Assembly (NCBI GenBank): GCA_965199365.1
Contig: CBDARC010000003.1
Location: forward strand, 342,622 to 406,621
Origin: Terriglobus sp.
GTDB lineage: Bacteria > Acidobacteriota > Terriglobia > Terriglobales > Acidobacteriaceae
Length of the DNA stretch: 64,000 bases
Direction: 5' to 3'
The stretch's first letter is position 1; every line of letters begins with the position of its first letter. Shown in pieces: positions 48,588 to 58,868 of this stretch. Below the pieces are notes generated by a model, which was given only the letters and a program-made list of their open reading frames with translations, made no database searches and was not told the origin of the DNA. Both the position numbers and the translations under genes were made by a program.

Positions 48588-51500
48588 TCACCACTCCAGT
48601 CGAAGACCGGCCTGCAGTCGGCGTTCCCTCGCCGGGCTGTCGGACGAGCTGCTCGGTACGCCGAAGGCTCGCGTGGTCAGACCCTCGGCAGCGATGGTGG
48701 CAGCGTCCTGGAAGATAAGCGGAACGACCCCGGCAACGGCTGTGCCCGGCAGAAAAGCCCGCTGCTGTACGGCGGTGACGTTCACATGATTCAGCAGGTT
48801 GAACGCCTCGGCGCTCAGGCGAATGTGCAGCCGTTCGCCCGCGGCAAACGACCGGGCCAGCCTCAGGTCGATGTTCTCCGTCCAGGGCAATCGCAGGGTG
48901 TTGCGTCCCACGGACGGCAGATAGGTCGCACCGCCTGAGCCGTTCAGGCTGTCGCGGCCACCTGCAAGCGACGAACCTCCAACAATGTTGTAGCTGTATG
49001 GCCGGCCGCTGGTCGCGACAAAGACGGGAGCAACGCTCCATCCATTCGCCGTTCTGCGTACGGCGCGCGAACCATGCGTCTGTGGCTGCCATACCGCCGT
49101 GGCAATCACGCGGTGCGCCCGGTTGAAGCTGGACGCGGCGCGGTCGTACAGGGCATCGAACGGATCGAATTGCGCATTCTCGTTGGGTGTTGCACCCGCG
49201 CTGCGTACATTGTCGAGTGCCTTGCTGTACGTCCACGAAGCGCGTGCGGTCAGGCCGCGCGCGGCACGGCGCTCGATCTGCAGCGCCATGGCGTTGTACG
49301 TGCCGGTGCCATTCGAAAGTATGGCCGTGACAGGCCCATACAACGACGTGAGCCGCGATGTGTACGACGGCACATGAAACACCTGGCCATTGCTCGCACC
49401 CGGCTCGGCTATGCCGTCACGAACGATCTGGAACGCTACGACGGAGGTTGAAGGGGCAATGTTCAGATCGACCGTGTTCGCAAGATGCCGATTGAGCCCA
49501 AGAATGTAGCTGCCGCTCAGGCTGGTTCCGCGCCCGATCTCATGCGTGATGGAAAATTCGCCCGTTTGCACGAACGGCACCTGGAAGCTGCGCGCGAACA
49601 CTGTAACCGCTCCTGCCGCGCCGAGCGGCCCGAACGGCGTGCAATTGTATGTCGCGGGATAGCCGAAGTTCGTCCCGGCCGAGGCACAGGATGGATCGAT
49701 GACCGTCCGCGGTGTCAGCCGCAGGCGAGCCTGGCTGGTGGGCTCTGCCGTGTTCTCAAGTGAGGCCTGCAACGTCCGGCCGGGCACCGCGCCATAGTGC
49801 AGCGCGTAGCCGACGCGCACCACGGTCCGCCTGCTCGGAGCGTACGCAATGCCCAGGTGTGGGGCGAAGTTACTCGTGTAGGCGGGCGTGTTCGAAGTCG
49901 ACCCAAAGCCGTTCAGCAGCGAGAGAAGCACCGCGTCCAGGGCCGGATTCGGGTGCTGCGGCGGAGGCAGGCGGTTGTACTCGTATTGCACGCCCGCCGA
50001 AAGGCGCAATCCCCGTGTCGCGCGCCAGCTATCACCCACGAAGGCGCTCAGTTCGGTCGTGTGAAAGCGTGTCTCCGGCACCGTCCCGAAGGCCTGTGTG
50101 AAGCTGCGGAAACAGAACAGGTGCACCGTTGCGTAGATCGAGGGACACCCTCCGTTGGGGTAGCTAGTCGCGGAATAGGTGTAGTCCGTTATGAAGTCGA
50201 CCAGTCCGCCATCGCTGCCGTTGGTGGCACCGCTTGTGTAGTCGTACGCGCCGCTTGACGCGCTGCGGGAACCGACCCGATCGTCGAGAAAACTCACGTC
50301 TGCCCCGAAGCTCAGCGTGTTCGCGTGACCATTGAACGACGCCTGTGCCGCAGCCTCTGAGCGACGCTCTTCGGGCAAGCGGCGCGCGCCGAGCGCGGCT
50401 GCGTTACCGAAGCTGAAGGCGCCTGCTATTGACACTTCGGGCGCTGTTCCCGCAGGTCCTGTCTGCGGTTCAGATGACAGCGGTGGAGGAACTTCCGCGA
50501 AGGCCGCGTCGCGGCTGTACTGCGCGTGCACCTCGGCCAGCCAACGCGGTGACAGCGCCGCAGTACCATGCAGGAGCGCTGAATCGGTGTGCGTGGTCAG
50601 GTCGCCAAAGCTGGCCCGGCCGACCGGCACCACCGACGCGCTTCGCTGGCCCGAAGGCGAACGAAAGCGAACGCGTGCCCACTCCAACGCAAGCGAACTG
50701 CGCTTTGCGGGCTGCCAGTCGATGCGCGGCAGCAGCGCGAGTTCATCGGCACGCCGCGCGACCGGGCCTGAGAGCCCATCCAGAAAGCTGAGTGCCTTCG
50801 CAGTTGCGGTCGGAGTCACGCCGCGGTTGGCGAGCAGAGCCACCTGGGTCGCAGACAAGTTGTAGAAGTTCGGATCGCTCGGAGACGAGATGGCTGGAAA
50901 GCTGCGGCGTTGACCCTCTGCCGCAACAAAGCCGAAGACACGCCGTCGCCCGTCACGGCCAAGCAGCGGGCCTCCAACAGACCCGCCAAACTGCTCACGA
51001 ATGTCGAGCGGCTTCACCAGCACCGTAGTGGGAGAACCGCTGTTGTAATGCGTGCTGATCGCGAACGGATTCGCCGCGCCAATACCGCTGTTGCGCAGCA
51101 GAAAGAACGCCGATCCGTGCGCCTTCGTTTCGCCGCGCCGCGTAACGGTGTTCACCGACCCACCCACATCGCGGCCCATCGAACTGCCCGGGCCGACAGC
51201 CCGCACGCCGAACTCGCGAACACCCTCCTGCGCAACCGTAAACGGCAGACTGCTGCCGCCGCGCGGGTCGCCGTCAAAAGCTCGCTTCAGACTCAGGCCG
51301 TCGAGCGCGTACTGATTCTGCATGGGGTCGAGGCCGCGCACGGCGAGCCGCACGTTATCGCTGTCAGCGGACGCGTCGCTCGAGCCGTTGGTCTCTGCGG
51401 CATTGCCGTCTGGCACCGCGTCGACAGCACTGACCAACGGTGTCAACGAAGCGAAGCTCTGAAACCGTCTGCCGTCCAGTGGCAGCAACGCCAGCCCCGA

Positions 51501-52010
51501 TGGCGACACATCAGCGTTCACCGGCGAATCGAACGCGGGCAGTTCCTGCTCGCTCGGCACCGTGATCGCCTGCGTCTGTGTCGCTATGGAGATGGTGGGC
51601 GCCAGCCGTGTAGTGCGACCAAGCTGCACGGTCACTTCTGCAATGCGGAGTTCATCAAAGCCGTTTGCCCGGATACGCACTCCGTAGATCGCAGGCGGCA
51701 GTTCGCCAACAAAGAACTCGCCAGCGCGATCCGTCGCGATGCTCTGCGCACGGTCCGCCGATGGCTCGAGGATCTCAACGAAAGCACCCGCAACCGCGGC
51801 TCCACTCGGGTCGGTGACGACACCGCTGAGTGCACCGGTAGAGACGTCCTGCGCACGCGCCGCTCCACCTCTGCACATCAACAGCAGCAGGGCGACAAGC
51901 ACGAGACAGCGGACGGTGGTCGGGGCACAGCAGCGCAACCGCTCGCTCCACGGCAGTGGGAGATCGCACGCAGACCAGAAGAGAGGAGAACGCCGAACCG
52001 CATGTGTCAT
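48588..52010 (-). CDS. TonB-dependent receptor (Oar-like, CarboxypepD_reg N-domain), copy B
   Basis: G.LSGVVTDPSGA.V.GA, LPLDGR.F, V.EF.V, QFGGSVGGP, D.W, FAP.LG.AY, EAFNLLNH.N and terminal RRLQAGLRLEW. Confidence 0.88.
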   Translation of the reverse strand: MTHAVRRSPLFWSACDLPLPWSERLRCCAPTTVRCLVLVALLLLMCRGGAARAQDVSTGALSGVVTDPSGAAVAGAFVEILEPSADRAQSIATDRAGEFFVGELPPAIYGVRIRANGFDELRIAEVTVQLGRTTRLAPTISIATQTQAITVPSEQELPAFDSPVNADVSPSGLALLPLDGRRFQSFASLTPLVSAVDAVPDGNAAETNGSSDASADSDNVRLAVRGLDPMQNQYALDGLSLKRAFDGDPRGGSSLPFTVAQEGVREFGVRAVGPGSSMGRDVGGSVNTVTRRGETKAHGSAFFLLRNSGIGAANPFAISTHYNSGSPTTVLVKPLDIREQFGGSVGGPLLGRDGRRRVFGFVAAEGQRRSFPAISSPSDPNFYNLSATQVALLANRGVTPTATAKALSFLDGLSGPVARRADELALLPRIDWQPAKRSSLALEWARVRFRSPSGQRSASVVPVGRASFGDLTTHTDSALLHGTAALSPRWLAEVHAQYSRDAAFAEVPPPLSSEPQTGPAGTAPEVSIAGAFSFGNAAALGARRLPEERRSEAAAQASFNGHANTLSFGADVSFLDDRVGSRSASSGAYDYTSGATNGSDGGLVDFITDYTYSATSYPNGGCPSIYATVHLFCFRSFTQAFGTVPETRFHTTELSAFVGDSWRATRGLRLSAGVQYEYNRLPPPQHPNPALDAVLLSLLNGFGSTSNTPAYTSNFAPHLGIAYAPSRRTVVRVGYALHYGAVPGRTLQASLENTAEPTSQARLRLTPRTVIDPSCASAGTNFGYPATYNCTPFGPLGAAGAVTVFARSFQVPFVQTGEFSITHEIGRGTSLSGSYILGLNRHLANTVDLNIAPSTSVVAFQIVRDGIAEPGASNGQVFHVPSYTSRLTSLYGPVTAILSNGTGTYNAMALQIERRAARGLTARASWTYSKALDNVRSAGATPNENAQFDPFDALYDRAASSFNRAHRVIATAVWQPQTHGSRAVRRTANGWSVAPVFVATSGRPYSYNIVGGSSLAGGRDSLNGSGGATYLPSVGRNTLRLPWTENIDLRLARSFAAGERLHIRLSAEAFNLLNHVNVTAVQQRAFLPGTAVAGVVPLIFQDAATIAAEGLTTRAFGVPSSSSDSPARERRLQAGLRLEW

Positions 52011-52103
52011 CGCGCGGAACGGGACGTGGCAGGCACCAACGGGTGTATTCGCAGCCTAGCGGCTCTGCAACGTTCTTGCAAAGCGGCAGTGTCGCATTCC
52101 ATG

Positions 52104-52142
52104 AAAAAAGCAAAGGGCGGCCGCCGAAGCCGCCGCCCTTTG
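52104..52142 (-). terminator. Intrinsic terminator downstream of TBDR copy A
   Basis: CAAAGGGCGGC-GGCTTCGGCG-GCCGCCCTTTG followed by CTTTTTT on the minus strand. Confidence 0.9.
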
Positions 52143-52158
52143 AGTTGAGATCCAAGCG

Positions 52159-55100
52159 TTAGAAGGTGATGCGTCCCGCGATCTGGAACTGCCGTGGGCT
52201 GAATGCGTAGTTGCTGTTCGTGTTGCTGACCGTGCCAAAGTTCGTCGTGCTGACCAGGTTCGCAAATCCGTTCTGGCTACCTGCTGTCGGGTTCGCAGCG
52301 CTCGAGGCGGAAGGCGACGAGATCGTGTACGCACCGCCGTTTACGCCGGTAACGTTCTGGTGGTTGGCCAGGTTAAAGCTCTCGATGAAGAGCTGGAACA
52401 GGACGCCCTCACGCACTCGGAAGTCCTTCTGCAGCCGAACGTCCACGTTCACGACGCGCGGGTAGCGGAAGGTATTACGTCCGATCTGCGGAACGTACGT
52501 AACGCCCGTTCCCAGCAGGCCGGTGTTCGTGGCAGTCGTCGGCGCGTCTGAAGCGATGGTCGCGGTGCTTGCGCAGTATGGTGTGCCGCTCTTGTTGTAC
52601 TGCGTATTGTCCGTGCAGAAGTTCGGTGTCGTGCCGCCTACCGTGGCGGAGTACGGCAGACCGCTCTGCGCCTGGATGAGAGGCTTGATCGACCAGCCGT
52701 TCGTCGCGTACGACAGGGCGCTGTGCTCATTGGCAACACCAGGGATGTTGAAGATAGCCCAGCCTACCGCGCGCTGCCGGATATCAAAGGACGAGTTACC
52801 GTAGTTCAGGCGCTGATTGCCGAACGGATCAAGCCAGGCGTTCACCGACGTTCCGGTGTAAGACCCCTGCGAAAAGTCGAGCGCATGTGCCCAGGTGTAG
52901 TTGGCATCGAACGTCACCCAATGGTAGGTGCGGTTGGTGATATCGAACGAGAGTCCGTTGTAGCTGGAGTTGACGTTGCTGACCAGCTGCGTGATAGCGC
53001 CGTAAGTCGGATTCTGCGCGATGCTCGTCAGCGCCGGAGCAGTACCGGTGCCGTACTGACGACCTGCGTAGACTCGCGTCTGCAGCTGCGTGCCGCAGGC
53101 AAGAGGTCCGATACAGGTACCGTTCGCGCTTGGCTGCACGGTATACGTTTCGTTGTAGAACGCATTCGGGTTCTGGTTGACATTGACGAAGTTCGGCAGT
53201 TCGCGACCGAACGAGCCGATATATGCCAGGCTGAACACGTTGCGCCGGCCAAGGTCCTGCTGAACGGTCAGGTCGGCCTGGTACGTTACGGGGTTCTGGA
53301 AGTGCGGGTCGAGGTACACCACGTTGCCGCCGAGCGAGGCACTCGCGCCAGAGCTCTGCTGGCGGAACTGCGGTCCGGTGGAGTTGGTGTAGCTGACGTT
53401 GAACGCACCGTTTGTTGAGCCCGTCTGGGTCAGCGCGGTGAGCAGTACAGCATTCGCGATGCGGCCGTAGTACATGCCGAAGCCGCCACGCAGAACCGTC
53501 TTGCCCTGGCCATAGGGATCCCACGCGAAGCCGACACGCGGCGAAATGTTGTTCTTGTCGCTGGGATGTCCGGTGGTCTGGGGAGCGGTCGGATTGGCCA
53601 GTGCGGCGAACGGCGCGGGGATAGACTCATAATCGTAACGAGCGCCCAGGTTCAGCGTCAGACGTGGAGCGATCTTCCAGTCATCCTGCACAAAGAAGCC
53701 GTAATCCACCGTCGAGAAGTCGAACGCGTACGGTCCGAAGCTCTGCAGGTAGCTGTTATAGCAGGGCAGTGTACCGATGCCACTCAGGCCCGTATTGCAG
53801 GTACCCGCCGGCTGCAGCACGTCAGACACATAGTTCACGATGCTCGAGCTGTAAGTGAACGCGCCATTGATCTGGTTGGGAGCGTTCTGCAGGTCGTAGT
53901 TGTGCACGATATCTTCGCCGACGCGGATGTTGTGCTTGCCGTAGTTGAACGACATGGTGTCGCCGATCTGCCACTTACGCTCGTCCGGATAGGCCTTGCG
54001 GTACGAGTAGTACGGTGAACCAAGCGAGAAGCCAAGCGTGCTGTACAGCGAGTACTGACCGACGTTGCCCGTCGTGGGGTTCTGAAGGAAGTTCTTCGAG
54101 TAAGGCGAGAGCGGCTGCTGACCTTCATCGTTCAGTTCGCGACCGTACTGGTAGCGAACTTCGTTCACGATGTTGCTCGTGATCAGCGAGTCGAGCTTGG
54201 CCAGGCCGTAATCGAGTTTGACGAAGTCATTGCCGAAGTAATCCACCGCATCCGTCACGCTGGATGTGGTCTGCACGCCGCCCGGCGAGTCCCACCGCAG
54301 GCGATGGTACAGGACGCTCAGGTTGTGCCTGGGCGTGATCTGCCAGTTGATCTTGGGCGTGTTGATGTCCTGGTGACCAAATCGCGGCACCTGGCCCAGG
54401 TCGCCTGCCAGTGCCGTCAGCTGGCCGTTGTAGGCTGCGGCTGCGGATGCATACGTTGAGCCGGCGGTACGCGCGTTCAGGCGCGCCGCCAGCAGGCAGC
54501 TCGCGGTGTCTGTCGAGGACTGATAGGTGGCCGTAACGCCCTGACCGTTCAATCCAGTGCCGGTGGGCAGACCGGTTGTCGCACCGGTCGCCAGGTTGCA
54601 GGTGGCACCTGCCGGCAGCGCAGCATCGGCATTGTCGAAGAACGAAACGGCGTTGTTCGCGCGAGCCACGCCCGGGAACTGCCGATCGAACACGTCAAAC
54701 GCGTACTCGAAGAAGACGCGGTCCTTACGTAGCGGACCGCCCACGTTGAAGCCGTACTGGTTGCGCTTGTCCTTGGGCTTGAACGGGATGCTGGTGATGC
54801 CGATGCCGTTCGCGTTCGGCACGGGCAGTGTGGTGTAGGGATTAAACGCACCGAGCTCATCATCGCGACGGTAGAAGTAGGCTTCACCGTGCAGGCTGTT
54901 CGTTCCGGTCTTGGTGACGGAATTGACGACGCCGCCAACGGCCCGGCCAAACTCGGCAGAGTAGACACCCGTGTTCACCTGGAACTCGCGGACCATTGCC
55001 TGCGATGTGGAATATCCGGCGCGGGTACGTCCGCGCTCTTCAGAGAAGAATGCCTGGTTGTCGTCCGCACCGTCGATCTGGACATTGTTAAGGGTGGGTG

Positions 55101-55647
55101 CAATCGCGCGGAACTGCAGCAGGCCATAGCCGCTGGAATCGATGGTGACGCCCGGCGTGGTCAGGGCCAGCGTGGACCAGCGGCGATTGTTGATCGGAAT
55201 GTTCTCGATGTCCCGGTTGCTCAGGTGACCACCGAAGTCCGGAGACTCGAAGTTGATTGCCGGGATATCAGCCGTCACCTGCACCGTGCTGCTCGCAGCG
55301 CCCGTTGTAAGGTGCGGATTCAGTTCTGTTACTTCTTGTACCTGGACAACAACACCGGTCGTGCGCTGCGCCGAAAAGCTCGGCGCTGTAATGGTCACGG
55401 TGTAGGTGCCGGGATTTAGCTGGGGAGCTTTGTATTCGCCGCTTGCGCCGGCAGTGACGCGGACGTCCTGGTTCGTCCCCTCGTCATGGATTACGATGGC
55501 CGCGTTCGGGACGACTGCTCCGGTTGAGTCGAACACGGTACCGGCGATCGCGCCTTCAGTCGTGTTCTGAGCATGAAGCCGGCTACCTGCGCCGACGGTG
55601 GCCAGCACGCACGTAAGTGCCAGGCTACGGACAAGCTTGTTCTGCAT
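52159..55647 (-). CDS. TonB-dependent receptor (Oar-like, CarboxypepD_reg N-domain), copy A
   Basis: AGGAG SD and signal peptide; GTVFDSTGAVVPNA, VREFQV....YSAEFGR..GGVVN.VTK.G.N, QDDWKI, SPRVGFAWD, FNL.NH.N and terminal PRQFQIAGRITF. Confidence 0.93.
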   Translation of the reverse strand: MQNKLVRSLALTCVLATVGAGSRLHAQNTTEGAIAGTVFDSTGAVVPNAAIVIHDEGTNQDVRVTAGASGEYKAPQLNPGTYTVTITAPSFSAQRTTGVVVQVQEVTELNPHLTTGAASSTVQVTADIPAINFESPDFGGHLSNRDIENIPINNRRWSTLALTTPGVTIDSSGYGLLQFRAIAPTLNNVQIDGADDNQAFFSEERGRTRAGYSTSQAMVREFQVNTGVYSAEFGRAVGGVVNSVTKTGTNSLHGEAYFYRRDDELGAFNPYTTLPVPNANGIGITSIPFKPKDKRNQYGFNVGGPLRKDRVFFEYAFDVFDRQFPGVARANNAVSFFDNADAALPAGATCNLATGATTGLPTGTGLNGQGVTATYQSSTDTASCLLAARLNARTAGSTYASAAAAYNGQLTALAGDLGQVPRFGHQDINTPKINWQITPRHNLSVLYHRLRWDSPGGVQTTSSVTDAVDYFGNDFVKLDYGLAKLDSLITSNIVNEVRYQYGRELNDEGQQPLSPYSKNFLQNPTTGNVGQYSLYSTLGFSLGSPYYSYRKAYPDERKWQIGDTMSFNYGKHNIRVGEDIVHNYDLQNAPNQINGAFTYSSSIVNYVSDVLQPAGTCNTGLSGIGTLPCYNSYLQSFGPYAFDFSTVDYGFFVQDDWKIAPRLTLNLGARYDYESIPAPFAALANPTAPQTTGHPSDKNNISPRVGFAWDPYGQGKTVLRGGFGMYYGRIANAVLLTALTQTGSTNGAFNVSYTNSTGPQFRQQSSGASASLGGNVVYLDPHFQNPVTYQADLTVQQDLGRRNVFSLAYIGSFGRELPNFVNVNQNPNAFYNETYTVQPSANGTCIGPLACGTQLQTRVYAGRQYGTGTAPALTSIAQNPTYGAITQLVSNVNSSYNGLSFDITNRTYHWVTFDANYTWAHALDFSQGSYTGTSVNAWLDPFGNQRLNYGNSSFDIRQRAVGWAIFNIPGVANEHSALSYATNGWSIKPLIQAQSGLPYSATVGGTTPNFCTDNTQYNKSGTPYCASTATIASDAPTTATNTGLLGTGVTYVPQIGRNTFRYPRVVNVDVRLQKDFRVREGVLFQLFIESFNLANHQNVTGVNGGAYTISSPSASSAANPTAGSQNGFANLVSTTNFGTVSNTNSNYAFSPRQFQIAGRITF

Positions 55648-55947
55648 CGATTGGTTCTCCTGAGCGTACATCGGCTGTCGCGCACTGTCTGGCGCTTAAG
55701 TCTGAAGTGCTGAACGGTGAGGCGTTGAGATGTGCTGCCTCTGAGTGCTTCTAGCTTGCCATCCCAACATCAACGTTCTGTGAACGATGGTTACGACATT
55801 TCAGTGTGCTTGTGTGTCTCTATAGTCGCGCAAAATCGGCGCCGCTCGTGCCGCCGCAAGCGTATTTCTCGCCAGGATGATGCCAAAACAGAGGAAATCC
55901 CGTTTTCCATACATCACCGGCTGAAATCCACTAAACTTGAATGTGGC

Positions 55948-57051
55948 ATGTTTATTGATGAAGCAAGAATCCGAATCAAGGCTGGGGACGGCGGCAATGG
56001 CTGCATGGCCTTTCGCCGGGAAAAGTTTGTACCGCGCGGAGGTCCCAGCGGCGGCGATGGCGGCCATGGCGGCGACATCCTGATGCGCAGCAGCGAAAAG
56101 CACAACACCCTGGTCCATTTCCGCTTCAACCCCGAACATAAGGCGCAGCGTGGCATTCATGGTGAAGGCTCAAACATGAGCGGTGCCAGTGGCGAGCACA
56201 CCATCCTGTCTGTGCCCATCGGCACGCAGGTCTTTGACGAAGACACCGGCGACCTGCTGCATGACTTTCAGTACCCTGACGAGCAGATCGTCGTGGCGCG
56301 CGGCGGACGCGGCGGACGCGGCAACCAGCACTTTGCGACGCCCACCCACCAGGCTCCGCGAGAGCATGAACTGGGCCGTCCCGGCGAAGAAAAGCACCTG
56401 CGGCTCGAGTTGAAGCTGCTGGCCGACGTCGGCCTGCTTGGCTACCCGAACGTTGGCAAATCCACGCTCATTTCGCGGCTCTCCGCGGCTCGTCCAAAGA
56501 TCGCAAACTACGCCTTTACAACACTCGAGCCAAATCTCGGCGTGGTGAAGGTCGGCGACTTTCCGCATGAACAGTCCTTTGTGATTGCCGACATGCCGGG
56601 CCTGATCGAAGGTGCGAGCCAGGGCGCGGGGCTCGGCATCCAGTTCCTGCGGCACATCGAGCGCACCAGCGTGCTGGCGCACCTCGTCGACGTATCCGAC
56701 GGCAGCGGCCGCGAAGATCCCGTCGCCGACTTCAAAGTGATCAGCGGCGAGCTGAAAGAGTTCGGCCACGGCCTCGACAGCAAACCCGTCCTTGTCATCG
56801 CCGCAAAGATCGATGTTGCCAATCCCGACAAGCTGAAGAAGCTGCAAACCTACGCCAGGCGCCGCAAGCTGCCCCTTTACGCCATCTCTTCTGTCACCGG
56901 AGAAGGCATCGAGGCGCTGAAGTTTGCCCTCGGCCAGGCCGTCGCAGACTACCGCAGCGGCATCGAGGTGGCGCCGCCTCCACCGCCTCCCGCGAAGAAG
57001 CATAAGAGCCCCTACCCTGCCCCGCTCGCGAGTAAAAAGTCGTCGCGCTAG
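55948..57051 (+). CDS. obgE: GTPase ObgE/CgtA
   Basis: MFIDEARI...AGDGGNG...[40 protein letters not shown] and KID motifs. Confidence 0.96.
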   Translation: MFIDEARIRIKAGDGGNGCMAFRREKFVPRGGPSGGDGGHGGDILMRSSEKHNTLVHFRFNPEHKAQRGIHGEGSNMSGASGEHTILSVPIGTQVFDEDTGDLLHDFQYPDEQIVVARGGRGGRGNQHFATPTHQAPREHELGRPGEEKHLRLELKLLADVGLLGYPNVGKSTLISRLSAARPKIANYAFTTLEPNLGVVKVGDFPHEQSFVIADMPGLIEGASQGAGLGIQFLRHIERTSVLAHLVDVSDGSGREDPVADFKVISGELKEFGHGLDSKPVLVIAAKIDVANPDKLKKLQTYARRRKLPLYAISSVTGEGIEALKFALGQAVADYRSGIEVAPPPPPPAKKHKSPYPAPLASKKSSR

Positions 57052-57097
57052 CGTTGCGTCAGGTGAGAACAAGGGCAGTGTGCGTAAAGTTGTTCTC

Positions 57098-58783
57098 ATG
57101 CGCACAGAGGCACACGAGGTAGTCGACACTGTGCCTCTGCAGCGGCACAGTGTGTCGGCATGGTACGACCAGATAGCCCCGGCAGAGCTCCTGCCCTCTC
57201 TCCTGTTCTTTCTGGCGATCGCGTTTCAGGTGTTCGTCGCTTGGAAGTTCCGGGCGCTGACCTGGGACGACTCTGCGATCACGCTCGGCTTCTCGCGCAC
57301 CTTCGCCATGACAGGGAAGATCGAACCGACGCCGGGCTCCGGCATCGTGGAGGGCTACTCCACAACCCTGTGGATGCTGCTGATGACCGCCGTGGCGAAG
57401 GTCCTCAGCAACCCGCACGCCTTGCTGGCGGCTGCGAAGGTCGCAAGCCTCGCCTTGAATCTCGCAAGCCTGTTCCTCATGCGCGAGTGGTTCGATACGT
57501 GGATGCCGAGGGCACTTGGAACGCTTATCGCGGGCATCTGCGGGTGCAGCTTCATGCACTACGAAACGATCAACGGCATGGAGACGCCTCTGCTGCTGGC
57601 CCTGATCCTGTCCATGCTGCTGTTGCGGAGATGGCATCATCGCAGCGCGCGCTGGATGTACCTCGCAGCCGGCGTAGGCGTCGTTCTGACCCGTTGGGAA
57701 GCGATTTGGCTCCTGATTCCCTTCGTTCTGATGGAACGTCCGTCGCGGCGTGCCATCATCTCCGCTTCGGTATGGGTCTCGACGTTTGTGGCGTTAAGTA
57801 TCGGCCGGCGGCTCTACTTTGGTGATTTCCTGCCGAACACCATCACTGCGAAGCACGGAGTGCCGTATGTCACCGGCACACCACATGAACAGCTTGGGCA
57901 GCACCTGCTTCAGTTGTCATTGATCGCGGGCTACCCGGCGTACTTCGCCGTCGTCGTTCTGCTGTTTCTGCTTGCCCAAGGGCTGGTCAGCCCGCCGCAC
58001 ACCACCAGACGCAAGCCGTGGGAGTTCTACTTCACCGTGCTCTTTGTGATCTTCAGCGTGGCTCTAACGGTCGGCATCGGGTACAACTGGGGACCGCCGC
58101 TGCGTTCGTTCTACACCGGGTGGCCCTTTCTGTTCGCTCTTCTTCTGTTCCCGCTCGCGAAGGGGTGGAGCGCACCCCGCTTGAGATGGTTCTCTCTCGT
58201 CGCTGTCGGAGTGATGGCGCTGTTCACCCTTGTGCACGTCAGGCGCTCCCTCCGTGAGCTGCGCTTGTCCTACGCTCCCGCCTATATGCCCGACGCAACG
58301 GTCGCAAAGATAGGCACTGTCAGCGACGCATTGAACATCATCCAGCAGGCCACGGGAAAACACGACCTGCTCTTCGCAGGACCTGACATGGGTGCCGTGA
58401 TGCTCTTCTCCAGTGGCATCCGAGTCATCGACCTTGGGCTGCTCTGCAACCGCACGCTGGCGCACGAGCGCTATGGAGCTATGGAACGCTATGTCCTTGA
58501 GCAGCAGAAGCCTGATGTGATTGAAGTTCACGGCCTCTGGACTCCGTTGACCGGGCTGGAAACCTCAGAGCGCTTCCACCAGGACTATCGTCCGGTCGTG
58601 GTGAACGGCAAACGGATGTTCCTGCGCAACTCGCTGATTGCCTCCATCCCGCAAGCAAATCTCCAGCGATTGACCTTCGTGCCCGGTGTTGAAGATCCGA
58701 AGAAACCTGAAGAACCGGGATTCCGTTCAGAGGATGTGGCGCTCAGCCGCAGTTTTGGAAGCTATCTCCTGCTGAAGCAGTGA
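57098..58783 (+). CDS. Multi-TM GT-C superfamily glycosyltransferase-like protein
   Basis: First-loop DD motif (WDDSAIT), VEGYST.LW, GMETPL, TRWE and YFG..LPNT..AK; about 10 TMs; C-terminal ID.GL..N. Start set to ATG 57098. Confidence 0.72.
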   Translation: MRTEAHEVVDTVPLQRHSVSAWYDQIAPAELLPSLLFFLAIAFQVFVAWKFRALTWDDSAITLGFSRTFAMTGKIEPTPGSGIVEGYSTTLWMLLMTAVAKVLSNPHALLAAAKVASLALNLASLFLMREWFDTWMPRALGTLIAGICGCSFMHYETINGMETPLLLALILSMLLLRRWHHRSARWMYLAAGVGVVLTRWEAIWLLIPFVLMERPSRRAIISASVWVSTFVALSIGRRLYFGDFLPNTITAKHGVPYVTGTPHEQLGQHLLQLSLIAGYPAYFAVVVLLFLLAQGLVSPPHTTRRKPWEFYFTVLFVIFSVALTVGIGYNWGPPLRSFYTGWPFLFALLLFPLAKGWSAPRLRWFSLVAVGVMALFTLVHVRRSLRELRLSYAPAYMPDATVAKIGTVSDALNIIQQATGKHDLLFAGPDMGAVMLFSSGIRVIDLGLLCNRTLAHERYGAMERYVLEQQKPDVIEVHGLWTPLTGLETSERFHQDYRPVVVNGKRMFLRNSLIASIPQANLQRLTFVPGVEDPKKPEEPGFRSEDVALSRSFGSYLLLKQ

Positions 58784-58868
58784 TCGGGCAGAGTTTGCAA
58801 AGCGCTGGTTCACGAAGCTACAGTCGCTGAGACAGTTCAAAGTCACCGACCCGGACCATTGTGCGCAT

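Noticed and set aside
55648-55947. Possible riboswitch upstream of the TonB-dependent receptor
   Set aside because: No cobalamin, TPP, SAM or FMN consensus elements recognised by eye; an Rfam/Infernal scan would be needed.
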